NCBI GenBank assembly: GCA_036278915.1
Contig: DASUKB010000001.1
Span: 237,186 to 301,185 of the forward strand
DNA length: 64,000 nucleotides
Direction: 5' to 3'
From: Patescibacteria group bacterium
GTDB lineage: Bacteria; Patescibacteriota; Doudnabacteria; UBA920; O2-02-FULL-48-8
The notes below the pieces were generated by a model. It was not told the origin of the DNA. It saw only the letters and a program-made list of their open reading frames with translations, and made no database searches. Positions 52,214 to 62,664 of this stretch are shown here, one piece after another (the first letter of the stretch is position 1; every line of letters begins with the position of its first letter). Made by a program: the position numbers and the translations under genes.

Positions 52214-52711
52214 ATGTGTTTTTGGGTTTCGTCGTTTTTGCGTCGTTGCCTTTTGGCACTGGCCCTTTGCGGGCTTGCTGCCTGTGGAGCAGGGAGCTCA
52301 CCGAATTCTCCCACCGAAACTCCGAATCTGAACGTCAGCTACAACCTGACGCTCAACTACAAGCGGACATCGCTTGGGCCATTTGCTGCCAAGTGGTTTT
52401 CGACGTTACCAGTTGGGTTGATCAATTTACCGGCACCGGCACAACCACTACTCTGTTCAGGTATGGTGCTGTTGGACCAGAGTGCGAACAACCTGAATAC
52501 GTACGGGAAGTGTACGTTTGCAGGGATCCACCCCGGGGAGTATAAAATCTCGGTTGGTGACGGTGCGCGAGGAGATGTGGCAGAAGGCAGTGCCATAGTG
52601 GGTACTTTGATTTGGGTCAATGGAACCCAACTCACAAACACCTCTATGGGGGATATCGGCGACCAATACGCGCACTTTCATTTGAACAACGATGGAACCA
52701 TCGCCCCCTAA
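52214..52711 (+). CDS. Putative lipoprotein
   Basis: LAAC lipobox; AAGGAGG SD; TTGACA-17-TAGTTT promoter; terminator ~52719-52762. Confidence 0.72.
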   Translation: MCFWVSSFLRRCLLALALCGLAACGAGSSPNSPTETPNLNVSYNLTLNYKRTSLGPFAAKWFSTLPVGLINLPAPAQPLLCSGMVLLDQSANNLNTYGKCTFAGIHPGEYKISVGDGARGDVAEGSAIVGTLIWVNGTQLTNTSMGDIGDQYAHFHLNNDGTIAP

Positions 52712-52815
52712 CTTTTCGGGCTGGTCAAGGATTTTCGTCCTGGCCAGCCTTGCTTTTTTTTTAGAAATATTTTATTATTTTTACAGCAACTGCTTAAGTT
52801 ATAAGAAACCAAAAA

Positions 52816-55800
52816 ATGCGTCTGAATTACAAGTTAGTAGTAAAAATTCTCTCTCTAGCCATTTTTACGTTTGTTCTATTTCCCAAAGGACACGCACAGG
52901 CTCTGGATACTTCGGGTATTAGTATTAGTCCGGCGGAACAATCTGCAGGACCCGGAAGCGTGCAGGTTTCTGGAACATTTAAAGGTAGCGTAGAAACAGA
53001 TCATTGCACAGGCGCAGGTATCGGCAACGTGGTAACTCGTGGCATAGCCTTGGTCGTAGATACTCTAAGTTACGAAGTTTACGGTCCTTCCGGAGACACC
53101 GGTATTGGGGGAAATTTATCAGATAGAGAGATTTCGCCAGGCGAAACTGTTTATTGCGGCACGGGCGAAAGTGAAGATGGCGCATGGAGTCCGAGGATTT
53201 ATCAACTGACCTCATTTAATATCAACACTAGCTCATTGGGAGCTGGAACTTACCAGGTCAAGTTCTCGGATCACGAAGTAGATGATGGCAGCTGTGTTAA
53301 CTATTTCCCAGGAGCCGGAGCCCCATGTCCACCAGACCCCGAAGATCATACTGTTGTAGCGGGTTCTTTTACGATTCTTTCTGGAAGTACTATCCGGGTT
53401 TGGTCAAACCGTGCTACTGGATTTGTTGTCACAGGTCCTGCAAATTTTAGCGGCAATATTTCAGCAGGGGCAACTTTATCCTACACAGAACCATCTGGCA
53501 ACGGATATTTTATCCAACCCGATACCTTAAGCGGCTACACTTATGCTGTTACACCCGCAAATCCCCGAGATTTGCCTTTTGGAGGTACCATAGAATTTGA
53601 TATCACATACACCTCAACCGGAGGTGGCGGTAGTGTGTCCGCTGACATCAAAGCCAACGGGTCTAATGGGCCAATAAGTATATCCTCCGGTTCGTCAGCT
53701 ACAATCTCCTGGACTTCTTCTGGAGCAACTTCGTGCTCGGTCGTCCCCACTGGTTGGACTGGGACATCAAACGCAGGCATTTCTACTGGCGCGCTTACTT
53801 CTGCGCAAACTTACACGCTTAATTGCACCAATGGTTCGGATACAGATAGCGATCAGGTTACTGTAAATATTTCCGGCGGGGGAGGAGGTGGTGGATGTAC
53901 TGGCGACTGCTTTACCAACATTTCGCAAAAAATAAATAACGTCACTGTAAGCAACGGCAATAGCGTGGGTAGCGGCGTAACGTTGTCTCCATCCACTACC
54001 TACTCGGCAAGTGTGACACTGCAAAATAGCGGTACGACTACCTGGTCTACCACATCTGGTGTAGAAGGAGCGTACAAACTTGGGACTCAAAATGCTGAGG
54101 ATAATAATACTTTTGGCCTGCAGCGCGTAACCGTGCCTTCCAACACCGCTCCCGGACAGACTGCGACGTTTAATTTCAGCATTACCACGCCGGCCAGTGG
54201 CGGTCCGTATAATTTTGAATGGTCCATGGTGGGCCAAGATAATTGGTTTTATCAAAACGCTCAAGCTGGAAACGACCGCTACACTCCGAACATTCCGGTG
54301 ACTCTGTCCGCTGCCGCGCCGCCGATTTACCCAACCGTGGATTCTGTGACTATAAGTTCATCCAGCGTAAAAGCGGACAACACTACTCCATATACGATTA
54401 CCATAAAAAGCACATATACAGGCTCGGGCGGAGCAGCCAGTATTACAGACTCTTATGTGTTGATTAATTTCGCAGGTCCAAATGGTGGAACTTATAGAGG
54501 ATTTATGGACTGGTCTTCTGTCAATGACTTTTTCGCAGGCGATAAAGATATGAAAACCTGCTCGGGACTTGGTAAGGCAGGCATACGCACGGGAGGCTGG
54601 GGAGAAGGATATATCCATCTAGATTCTTGTACTTCCTCAAATTCCGGCAACACGCAGACTACCAGCTACTCGGTAAGGTTTGATCCAACGTTTACAGCTC
54701 CGACGACGAGCAACCACCTCGCAGGCTATGCAATAGTTACTTCGTCTGTATTTAGCGGGTGGGTGGATTTCCCAGGATTTGATTTGACAGCAGCCGCGTC
54801 CGGAACAATTTTTGTGAATTCAAATGAACCCACTTACTGGAGCATTACGGGCGGCAGTGGACCGTACAACCAGCAATCTCCAAGCCCCAAATCTACCAGC
54901 GCTACTTATGACTCCACAACCACAGGCAGCGCAGTCTCGCCCGGCAGTTATACTATGAATCCGTCTGCTCTCGCGGGCTTTGGCGGACCACTTATAACCA
55001 ATGCCGGCAACTCCGCGGATGGCACCACCCAGAACCTGACTGCCAGTTCCAGCATTACTTTTAACCTGACGTACTTGAGCACGCCTACGGGTTTGGATCT
55101 GGACACTACAACCCAGTGCGGACAGGTGATTGCTACTTGGAATGACACATCAGACAATGAAACGGGATTCAAAATATATCGCACAGCTGCAGATGCGGGC
55201 AAAGGCGGACCGTATTCCTTGCTAGCCACAAAGGCAGCTGATACCCAGGAGTATACGGATACTACTGCCAGCGCAGGACATACTTACTGGTACTATGTGC
55301 AAGCATATGTAACTATAGGCGGACAGACATTGACCACCAATACTCCAGCCAAAAGCGCCTTTGTCTTGAAGTGCCAAGCAAATATTGATAATTCTCAGAA
55401 AACTATCACGAAAGTCAACGGTGCCAATTATGATGCATCTGTTGGCATTCATGATGGGGACCGGGTGACCTTCCAGATCACCATCTCAAATAGCAACACT
55501 GCAACAGACAACGCAATTATCAATAATATAAATGATGTGCTTACAGATAACTACGCAAAACCAACGAGCTGTACTAATGGCGGCGACGCTGGCAATTGGT
55601 GCGCACAGGTGAACAAAGGCAGCGGATTTGTAAATACTACAGTTACGGGATCTGTGCCAAACATCACAATTGATGTATCGGGGGCACTACCTCCAGGCAA
55701 AAATTGGGTCGTCCAATATGACTCCATGGCATCCGTGCCGGAAGGCGCTACGGATCTGTTCAAAAACGTCGCCACAATTAACTGTACGTCCCAGACCTCT

Positions 55801-55890
55801 GGCGAGGACTGCAGCACAACCAAAGATTTCTCATTCATAGACATCAACAGCGGCGCAAACCCGCCACAATTCCGAGAAGTGGCACCGTAA
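52816..55890 (+). CDS. Large secreted Ser/Thr/Gly-rich protein with Ig/FN3-like and DUF11-like modules
   Basis: Signal peptide (GHAQA); WNDTSDNETGFKIYR FN3-like; GDRVTFQITISN; many Cys pairs. Confidence 0.8.
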   Translation: MRLNYKLVVKILSLAIFTFVLFPKGHAQALDTSGISISPAEQSAGPGSVQVSGTFKGSVETDHCTGAGIGNVVTRGIALVVDTLSYEVYGPSGDTGIGGNLSDREISPGETVYCGTGESEDGAWSPRIYQLTSFNINTSSLGAGTYQVKFSDHEVDDGSCVNYFPGAGAPCPPDPEDHTVVAGSFTILSGSTIRVWSNRATGFVVTGPANFSGNISAGATLSYTEPSGNGYFIQPDTLSGYTYAVTPANPRDLPFGGTIEFDITYTSTGGGGSVSADIKANGSNGPISISSGSSATISWTSSGATSCSVVPTGWTGTSNAGISTGALTSAQTYTLNCTNGSDTDSDQVTVNISGGGGGGGCTGDCFTNISQKINNVTVSNGNSVGSGVTLSPSTTYSASVTLQNSGTTTWSTTSGVEGAYKLGTQNAEDNNTFGLQRVTVPSNTAPGQTATFNFSITTPASGGPYNFEWSMVGQDNWFYQNAQAGNDRYTPNIPVTLSAAAPPIYPTVDSVTISSSSVKADNTTPYTITIKSTYTGSGGAASITDSYVLINFAGPNGGTYRGFMDWSSVNDFFAGDKDMKTCSGLGKAGIRTGGWGEGYIHLDSCTSSNSGNTQTTSYSVRFDPTFTAPTTSNHLAGYAIVTSSVFSGWVDFPGFDLTAAASGTIFVNSNEPTYWSITGGSGPYNQQSPSPKSTSATYDSTTTGSAVSPGSYTMNPSALAGFGGPLITNAGNSADGTTQNLTASSSITFNLTYLSTPTGLDLDTTTQCGQVIATWNDTSDNETGFKIYRTAADAGKGGPYSLLATKAADTQEYTDTTASAGHTYWYYVQAYVTIGGQTLTTNTPAKSAFVLKCQANIDNSQKTITKVNGANYDASVGIHDGDRVTFQITISNSNTATDNAIINNINDVLTDNYAKPTSCTNGGDAGNWCAQVNKGSGFVNTTVTGSVPNITIDVSGALPPGKNWVVQYDSMASVPEGATDLFKNVATINCTSQTSGEDCSTTKDFSFIDINSGANPPQFREVAP

Positions 55891-56009
55891 ACAGTTGGTA
55901 GTTATCAGGTGGTAGTAGGTAGATTTGGAATTTGACGCTTTGTAGGTATTTGTGTATAATGTTTGCAATATTAAAAGCCCCGAAAAGGGCTTTTAAAAAA
56001 GGAAAAATT

Positions 56010-56198
56010 ATGGTTAACCCAATTCAATTTGTTAAAGAAGCCAAAAACGAACTTATGAAAGTCGTGTGGCCATCCCGCCGCGAGACAATCAACATTACTA
56101 TTGGCGTTATTATAATTTCTTTAATTATTGCAGCAATCCTGGGCGCGGCTGATTGGGGACTTACCAAGCTTATAGAATACGCAATCGCAAGGAAATAA
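56010..56198 (+). CDS. secE: Preprotein translocase SecE
   Basis: ELMKVVWPSRRE; upstream of nusG. Confidence 0.93.
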   Translation: MVNPIQFVKEAKNELMKVVWPSRRETINITIGVIIISLIIAAILGAADWGLTKLIEYAIARK

Positions 56199-56202
56199 CC
56201 TA

Positions 56203-56748
56203 ATGGCCAGACAACAAGTTACCGGACAAAAACATTGGTACGTATTGCACACCTACTCTGGGTATGAGGATAGTGTGGCTTTTAACTTACAGCAACGCAT
56301 AGATTCCATGGGTATGGAAGATAAAATCTTCGCAGTGCTGGTGCCAAAGGAAAAGAAGATCAAGATCAAGGACGGCAAACGCGTGACCGTGGAGGAGAAA
56401 ATTTTCCCAGGCTACGTGTTGGTGGAGATGATCGTCACCGACGATTCCTGGTACGTGGTGCGCAACACGCCCAACGTCACAGGGTTTGTGGGATCCGGCA
56501 CCATACCGACGCCTATCTCCGAAGCCGAAATACAATTTTTGCAGAAGCGCATGGGCGTGGAAGAACCCAAGTATAAAATTGATGTCCGCGCAGGCGACCT
56601 GGTGCGCATTATGGACGGACCGTTTAAAGATTACGAAGGCAAGGTTTCCGAAACAGACGACGAGAAGGGCAAGGTCAAAGTGCTCGTGTCTATCTTTGGC
56701 CGCGAAACGCCGTTGGAACTGGATTTCTTGCAGATCAAAAAAATCTAA
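56203..56748 (+). CDS. nusG: Transcription factor NusG
   Basis: WYVLHTYSGYE, FPGYVLV, IFGRETPLEL. Confidence 0.97.
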   Translation: MARQQVTGQKHWYVLHTYSGYEDSVAFNLQQRIDSMGMEDKIFAVLVPKEKKIKIKDGKRVTVEEKIFPGYVLVEMIVTDDSWYVVRNTPNVTGFVGSGTIPTPISEAEIQFLQKRMGVEEPKYKIDVRAGDLVRIMDGPFKDYEGKVSETDDEKGKVKVLVSIFGRETPLELDFLQIKKI

Positions 56749-56751
56749 CTT

Positions 56752-57501
56752 ATGACCTGGATTATTTATTTAATTATCATATTCGTAGCTTTGGGACTGC
56801 GCACTGTACAACAATATCAGACGGGAGTCGTGTTCCGCTTGGGCAAAGTCGTGGGTACCAAAGGCCCAGGACTTACCTGGATAATTCCGATATTGGACAC
56901 CATGCGCAAGGTGGATATGCGCACCATAACATTGCCGGTACAGCCGCAGAAGATTATAACCAAAGATAATGTCTCAGTGGATGTGTCCGTGGTGGCCTAC
57001 TACAAAGCCGTAGACGCGGTGAAATCCATAATCGCCATTGAGAATGTTATGAACGCCATCAACCAGATTGCTCAAACTACTGTCCGCAACATCGTCGGGA
57101 GATTCCAGCTTGATGAAATTTTGTCTGAACGCGATTCTATAAACACCGAAATCAGAAACGTACTGGATGCGCACACAGAACCCTGGGGCGTGGTAGTGTC
57201 TGTGGTGGAGATAAAAGATATAGAACTTCCGGAAAATATGCAGCGCGCCATGGCCAAGCAAGCTGAAGCCGAGCGCGAAAAGCGAGCCAAAATTATCGCT
57301 GCCGAAGGAGAGCTCGCCGCGGCCGAAAAGCTGGCACTTACTGCAGATATAATGTCCGAGCATCCAATTGCCTTGCAGTTGCGCAATTTACAAACAATGG
57401 CAGAAATTTCGGTTGAAAAAAACTCCACGATTATATTTCCGGCTCAATTTATGAGCACAGTGCAAGATATAAAGAAATTTATGGAAGGGGAACAGAAATA
57501 A
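56752..57501 (+). CDS. SPFH/band-7 (slipin) protein
   Basis: ITKDNVSV, MQRAMAKQAEAEREKRAKII. Confidence 0.93.
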   Translation: MTWIIYLIIIFVALGLRTVQQYQTGVVFRLGKVVGTKGPGLTWIIPILDTMRKVDMRTITLPVQPQKIITKDNVSVDVSVVAYYKAVDAVKSIIAIENVMNAINQIAQTTVRNIVGRFQLDEILSERDSINTEIRNVLDAHTEPWGVVVSVVEIKDIELPENMQRAMAKQAEAEREKRAKIIAAEGELAAAEKLALTADIMSEHPIALQLRNLQTMAEISVEKNSTIIFPAQFMSTVQDIKKFMEGEQK

Positions 57502-57571
57502 GTTGTAAGTTGAAAGATTTAAGTTTTCCAAAGCTTCTGCTTAAATCTTACAACTCAAGAAAGGATTAAAT

Positions 57572-57994
57572 ATGGCGAAGAAAATTAAGACAATAGTAAA
57601 GATTCAGCTTCCAGCCGGCAAGGCAACCCCAGCGCCTCCAGTAGGCACAGTGCTTGGCCCGCATGGCTTAAATTTGGCGCAGTTGGTAAAAGAGTTCAAC
57701 GACAGAACCGCGCCGATGGGCGACACCATCGTTCCTGCAGAAATTACGATCTATGAGGACCGCACATACAGTTTCGTGCTCAAAACTCCTCCGGCTTCGG
57801 TGCTTATACGCAAAGCAGCGGGGCTTGAGAAAGGTTCCGGCAATCCCTTGATGAACAAAGTCGGCACAATTTCCAAAGCGCAACTTCGCGAAATTGCCGA
57901 GCAGAAAATGCCGGACTTAAACGCCAACGATCTGGAAGCCGCGGAAAAAATCGTAGCCGGCACCGCAAGATCTATGGGAGTAGAAGTTAAATAA
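57572..57994 (+). CDS. rplK: 50S ribosomal protein L11
   Basis: [23 protein letters not shown]. Confidence 0.97.
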   Translation: MAKKIKTIVKIQLPAGKATPAPPVGTVLGPHGLNLAQLVKEFNDRTAPMGDTIVPAEITIYEDRTYSFVLKTPPASVLIRKAAGLEKGSGNPLMNKVGTISKAQLREIAEQKMPDLNANDLEAAEKIVAGTARSMGVEVK

Positions 57995-58054
57995 AAAAGT
58001 TAAAATAAAAAGCGTAAAATGCTTTGCACTTTTTATTTTGCATTTTAAATTAAT

Positions 58055-58086
58055 TGTGGGAGCTCGAATGAGCGTTATTACCACAG
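58055..58086 (+). promoter_or_regulatory. Probable L1 autoregulatory leader
   Basis: TGTGGGAG-CTC-GAAT-GAGC-GTTATT-ACCACA just before the rplA SD, resembling the L1-binding motif. Confidence 0.65.
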
Positions 58087-58098
58087 AAGGAATTTTTT

Positions 58099-58773
58099 AT
58101 GGGTAAACGATTAGTAAATAGTAAAAAAGAAATTGATAGCACGAAGTCTTACGCGCCAACCGAGGCTATAGAATTGGCCAAAAAAACCGCAACCACCAAG
58201 TTTGTGGGAAACATCGAAGCGCATGTGCGGCTTGGGATTGATTCCAAAAAAAGCGACCAGACCGTGCGCACTACGGTAAAGTTTCCGAACTCGACCGGCA
58301 AAACCAAACGCATAATTGCGTTTGTAACTGAAGCCAAAGAAAAAGAAGCCAAGGAAGCGGGCGCTGTTATAGTGGGCGGCGAAGATCTTATAAAAAAGAT
58401 TAAAGAAACGGAAAAACTGGACTTTGATATCGCAGTTGCGGAACCGTCTATAATGGCCAAACTTGCCCAAATTGCCAAAATTTTGGGTCCGCGAGGACTT
58501 ATGCCAAACCCCAAGACTGGCACAGTGACTGCCGATATAGGCAAGGCTATTAAAGAGTACGCCGCGGGCAAAACTGAATTCAAAAATGACGAATCTGGCA
58601 ACGTGCACATCACCCTGGGCAAAAGCAATTTGGAGACGAAAGCCTTAGCGGACAATTTTCAAACATTTATGGATGCGCTAAACGCAGCCCGGCCAGGTGC
58701 ACTCAAAAAAGAATTCATAAACAGCATCACCATCCACTCCACTATGGGCCCCGGAATCAGAGTCAAAGTCTAA
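58099..58773 (+). CDS. rplA: 50S ribosomal protein L1
   Basis: LGPRGLMPNPKTGTVT, STMGPG. Confidence 0.97.
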   Translation: MGKRLVNSKKEIDSTKSYAPTEAIELAKKTATTKFVGNIEAHVRLGIDSKKSDQTVRTTVKFPNSTGKTKRIIAFVTEAKEKEAKEAGAVIVGGEDLIKKIKETEKLDFDIAVAEPSIMAKLAQIAKILGPRGLMPNPKTGTVTADIGKAIKEYAAGKTEFKNDESGNVHITLGKSNLETKALADNFQTFMDALNAARPGALKKEFINSITIHSTMGPGIRVKV

Positions 58774-58890
58774 CGAATCTTTCGGATCCTCCAGAAGGAC
58801 TAAATAAACCGCTTAGATGGCGGTTTATTTTATTGACAAGCGGCAGCAAATAAGCTATAATGTCCAAACAGTTTTGTCAGGAGGAGACAA

Positions 58891-59412
58891 ATGAAGAAGT
58901 TTCTCGGCGTGTTGATTGTCGTGCTCTTTGCCGTCCCCACGCAAGTGTCTGCGGCCCAGTTCGGAGTTTTCAAGAAACTTGGCACCAAGATCAAGAACGC
59001 GGTGCCGCTCGAACTCAAGCATAAGAACTCCGCTACCAGCGACTCGGCGAACCAGCAGCAGGCGGCGCCGGCAGCACCGCAGAACGTGCATGTGGTAACC
59101 GCCGCACAGGCCCAGTCCGCGGCAGTCTCGGAGGAACCCGATGCCGCGAAGATCGACTGGAAAGATGTCCAGGTGGTGCAGAGTGCGGACATCAAGGACT
59201 GCAAGCGCCTGGGTCTCATGCATTTCGCGGGCGACTCGTTCTTTCGAACGTCCGGCAGCACCACGCGGGCAGTGCTCCAGAAGATCCAGAAAGGCGTGGC
59301 GAAGAAGGGCGGCGACACATTCGTGTTGCTGGGAGCTCTTACGACCACAAACTTCGGGAAAGGCCAGAACATCGCCGCCGATGGAAATGCCTACTACTGC
59401 GGCGCCAAGTAA
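58891..59412 (+). CDS. Secreted hypothetical protein
   Basis: Signal peptide; consensus TTGACA-17-TATAAT (58833-58861); AGGAG SD; terminator 59425-59463. Confidence 0.78.
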   Translation: MKKFLGVLIVVLFAVPTQVSAAQFGVFKKLGTKIKNAVPLELKHKNSATSDSANQQQAAPAAPQNVHVVTAAQAQSAAVSEEPDAAKIDWKDVQVVQSADIKDCKRLGLMHFAGDSFFRTSGSTTRAVLQKIQKGVAKKGGDTFVLLGALTTTNFGKGQNIAADGNAYYCGAK

Positions 59413-59538
59413 GGCGCCACACACAGGGTTGACCAAGTGAAAACTTGGTCAACCCTCTTTTTTATTTACTAAACTTTAACCCAAGTTTTAAAAAAGCTGA
59501 AAATCTGGTATTATGCCAGTGAATTAATTGCAAACTAA

Positions 59539-60096
59539 ATGATATTATCGGATACAGACATAAAGAAAGCCCTTACAAACAAACAGATTAAAATTTCTCC
59601 GATGCCGGACTTGAAGGTTGCGCTCGGCACGGTGTCAGTGGATCTGAAGCTAGGACATGATTTTTTGGTTTACCGTACAACTTCACGGCCTTATATTGAT
59701 GTCGCCGACAAAGAATCGTTCGACCTCTTGACCGAAAAAGTTAGTAAGAAAAAGGGAGAGTCATTTGTACTTCATCCAAGAGATTTTGTGCTCGGAGCCA
59801 CTTTGGAAAATATAGAGCTGCCAGACACCCTTGCTGGCAGACTGGAAGGCAAATCTTCTCTGGGACGCTTAGGTTTGGTAATCCATTCTACGGCGGGCAA
59901 AGTTGACCCGGGATTTAAAGGTAAACTTGTCTTGGAAATTACAAATATAGGGACTGTGCCGATTATGCTCTATCCCGAGATGCGTATTTGCCAGCTGCTT
60001 TTTGAGCAATTAAGTTCCCCAACATCGCAGGCTTACACTGATCGCAAAAGTTCTAAGTACAAATTCCAAAAAGGCGCCACGAGCAGTAAATTTTAA
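59539..60096 (+). CDS. dcd: dCTP deaminase
   Basis: LEGKSSLGRLGL, TAGKVDPGFKG, ICQL. Confidence 0.95.
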   Translation: MILSDTDIKKALTNKQIKISPMPDLKVALGTVSVDLKLGHDFLVYRTTSRPYIDVADKESFDLLTEKVSKKKGESFVLHPRDFVLGATLENIELPDTLAGRLEGKSSLGRLGLVIHSTAGKVDPGFKGKLVLEITNIGTVPIMLYPEMRICQLLFEQLSSPTSQAYTDRKSSKYKFQKGATSSKF

Positions 60097-60099
60097 ATT

Positions 60100-60774
60100 A
60101 TGAATCAATACGAAGTTGAAATTAAATCTCTGTTGGGGGCAAAGGAGAATGCCGATGCGCTCATTGGAAAGCTGAAGCAAGATCCGACTTTCCAGTCTTT
60201 TGGCGAGCACAAACAGCTCAATCACTACTTTATTGGTGGAGATATCGCCAAAGCTGTTGAACTAATTAAATCGCATATCAAAGACCAGTCAGTCAGCGGT
60301 GAACTGCATGAACTCGTCAGCAAAATCAAGGATTACTCCATGCGTACTCGCTGGGCAGACGGTAGGGTCATCTTTGTAATTAAAGGTTCTGTAGATGACA
60401 CGACATCCAGCAACGGCACTGCCCGCAGGGAATTTGAGGCAGAAACGGATAGCACTTTGGAAGAGCTGGACAAAATGATTCTCGATGCGGGCTTTAAATA
60501 TCAATCCAAATGGTCACGGCAACGCCAGGAATTTAAATACAAAGGTTTAAATGTCACGGTAGACAAAAACGCCGGTTACGGTTATCTGAGTGAATTTGAA
60601 AAAATAATTGAGGACCCAAGCCTGGCGGAGCAGACCAAAGATGAAATCCGAGCGGTAATGGCAGAAATCGGAGTTGCCGAGCTTGTGCAGGACCGCCTGG
60701 CGCGCATGTTTGATTTTTACAATGCCCATTGGGATGAGTATTACGGGACTGAAAAAGTGTTTAACATTGAATAA
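60100..60774 (+). CDS. CYTH/triphosphate-tunnel-fold protein
   Basis: N-terminal EVEIK (ExExK), RREFE, SRQRQEF, YLSEFEK. Confidence 0.75.
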   Translation: MNQYEVEIKSLLGAKENADALIGKLKQDPTFQSFGEHKQLNHYFIGGDIAKAVELIKSHIKDQSVSGELHELVSKIKDYSMRTRWADGRVIFVIKGSVDDTTSSNGTARREFEAETDSTLEELDKMILDAGFKYQSKWSRQRQEFKYKGLNVTVDKNAGYGYLSEFEKIIEDPSLAEQTKDEIRAVMAEIGVAELVQDRLARMFDFYNAHWDEYYGTEKVFNIE

Positions 60775-61235
60775 TGTACAATCACGAACCAGAAAATTAC
60801 ATGTGTCCTTTTTGCCTGTACGTGGCCGATCCCAAGCTTAAGTATATGGTATATCGTGACGACTATGTCTCTGCGTTTATTTCATCCGCGATGTGGCCGC
60901 ACAATCCTGGCATTGTAATAATTGTCCCGAACAAGCACATAGAAAATATATACGATATGCCAGATGGCCTGCTTGCTGAAATCCATATTCTGGCAAAGAA
61001 GATTGCGCTCGCCATGAAAACTGCATACAAATGTCATGGTGTTAGCACACGCCAGCACAACGAACCTGCCGGCAACCAGGAGGTACTGCACTTTCATTTT
61101 CAAGTCGTACCGCGATACAACGACGATAACTTATACATCAATCACAAAAAGAAAAGCAATATCCCAGAAAAGGAACGCGAACGTTTGGCAAAGATAATTA
61201 AGGAAAACTTGGCTCATGCAAACAAAACATCCTGA
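60774..61235 (+). CDS. HIT family hydrolase
   Basis: CPFC, GNQEVLHFHFQVVPR. Confidence 0.9.
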   Translation: MYNHEPENYMCPFCLYVADPKLKYMVYRDDYVSAFISSAMWPHNPGIVIIVPNKHIENIYDMPDGLLAEIHILAKKIALAMKTAYKCHGVSTRQHNEPAGNQEVLHFHFQVVPRYNDDNLYINHKKKSNIPEKERERLAKIIKENLAHANKTS

Positions 61236-62181
61236 ATATCAATATTTAGACCTGCTTAAAGAAATTCTTGAGAAAGGATTTCGCAAAGTGGACCGCGGCA
61301 CCGGCGACGCGTCTTACAGTTTGTTTGGCAAACAAATCCGTTTTGATTTGTCCAAAGAATTTCCGTTGCTTACAACCAAAAAAGTTTTTTGGAAGGGCGT
61401 GGTGGAGGAACTCTATTGGTTTGCCTCTGGCCAAAACAATGTCAGTTACCTTACGCGCAAAGGTGTGCATATTTGGGATGATTACCCGTACAAGTATTAC
61501 AAAAAGCAGATGGATGAAGGCAGCGTCCTGGCACTCACAAAAGAAGAATTCGTGAAAAAATTGGAAACTGACGACCAGTTCGCAAATGAACACGGAGTGC
61601 TGCCGCATATTTATGGCGAACTTTGGCGGCATTGGCCTACTAGAACTCCAGGCAGAACCATAGACCAGCTTGCCTGGGCCATACAAGAACTCAAAGATGA
61701 TCCGAACGCGCATAATTTGATCGTAAACTCATGGAACCCTGAGTACTTGTATACGATGGCGACTTACGAAGATGCGGCCAAGTACCCGATCTGCCACAAC
61801 ATGTATCAGTTCAACGTTATAGACGGCAGACTGTCGTTGAATTTATACCAACGATCGGCTGATATATTCCTAGGCGTACCATTCAACATCGCATCTTACG
61901 CATTACTGACAGTCATTCTGGCTCAAATCACAGGCTACAAACCAGGAGAATTTGTGCATACATTCGGCGACGTGCATATTTATGAGAATCATTTGGAGCA
62001 GGTGAAAGAGCAGCTGTCGCGCGATCCAAAACCCTTTCCGACAGTTGAGCTTGACCCATCTATAAAATCAATCGATGACTTCACTCCCGAGAAAGTGAAG
62101 TTGGTTGGCTATGAACCGCACGGAACTATAAAAGCCGAACTCTCCGTCTCTGGAGGTTTGTACGAAGGGAAGAAACAATGA
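61216..62181 (+). CDS. thyA: Thymidylate synthase
   Basis: DRGTG, FPLLTTKKV, PICH, YQRSADIFLGVPFN, HIYENH. Confidence 0.96.
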   Translation: MQTKHPEYQYLDLLKEILEKGFRKVDRGTGDASYSLFGKQIRFDLSKEFPLLTTKKVFWKGVVEELYWFASGQNNVSYLTRKGVHIWDDYPYKYYKKQMDEGSVLALTKEEFVKKLETDDQFANEHGVLPHIYGELWRHWPTRTPGRTIDQLAWAIQELKDDPNAHNLIVNSWNPEYLYTMATYEDAAKYPICHNMYQFNVIDGRLSLNLYQRSADIFLGVPFNIASYALLTVILAQITGYKPGEFVHTFGDVHIYENHLEQVKEQLSRDPKPFPTVELDPSIKSIDDFTPEKVKLVGYEPHGTIKAELSVSGGLYEGKKQ

Positions 62182-62651
62182 TTTCGATTATCGCCGCAGT
62201 TGCGAAGAATGGAGTCATTGGAAGCAAAAACGGATTGCCGTGGCATATTCCCGAAGACCTTAAGCACTACAAAGAGATAACCACTGGCCATACGATGATA
62301 ATGGGCCGCAAAACTTTTGAATCGATCATGAAGTCTTTGGGCAAACCTCTGCCGAACCGCAAAAACGTGGTTATCACCCGCGACCTGGGATACAAAGTAC
62401 CGCAAGGCGTGCTGGTTTACACTTCAATTGAAGATGCGCTTGAAGCAACGAAAGATGATGGCGAAATATTCATCAACGGCGGCGGCGAGATTTACAGACA
62501 AACTTTTAAACTTGCCGATAAGCTATACCTCACAGAGCTGGACGACAACAAAGAGGGTGATGTAAAATTCCCAGATTTTGACCGCGAGCGCTGGAACGAA
62601 ATCTCGCGCGAAAAAAAAGACGGATTTTACTGGGTTGTATATGAAAAATAA
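62178..62651 (+). CDS. folA: Dihydrofolate reductase
   Basis: LPWHIPED, MGRKTFES, PLPNRKN, GGGEIY. Confidence 0.95.
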   Translation: MISIIAAVAKNGVIGSKNGLPWHIPEDLKHYKEITTGHTMIMGRKTFESIMKSLGKPLPNRKNVVITRDLGYKVPQGVLVYTSIEDALEATKDDGEIFINGGGEIYRQTFKLADKLYLTELDDNKEGDVKFPDFDRERWNEISREKKDGFYWVVYEK

Positions 62652-62664
62652 TTTTAAATTATAA

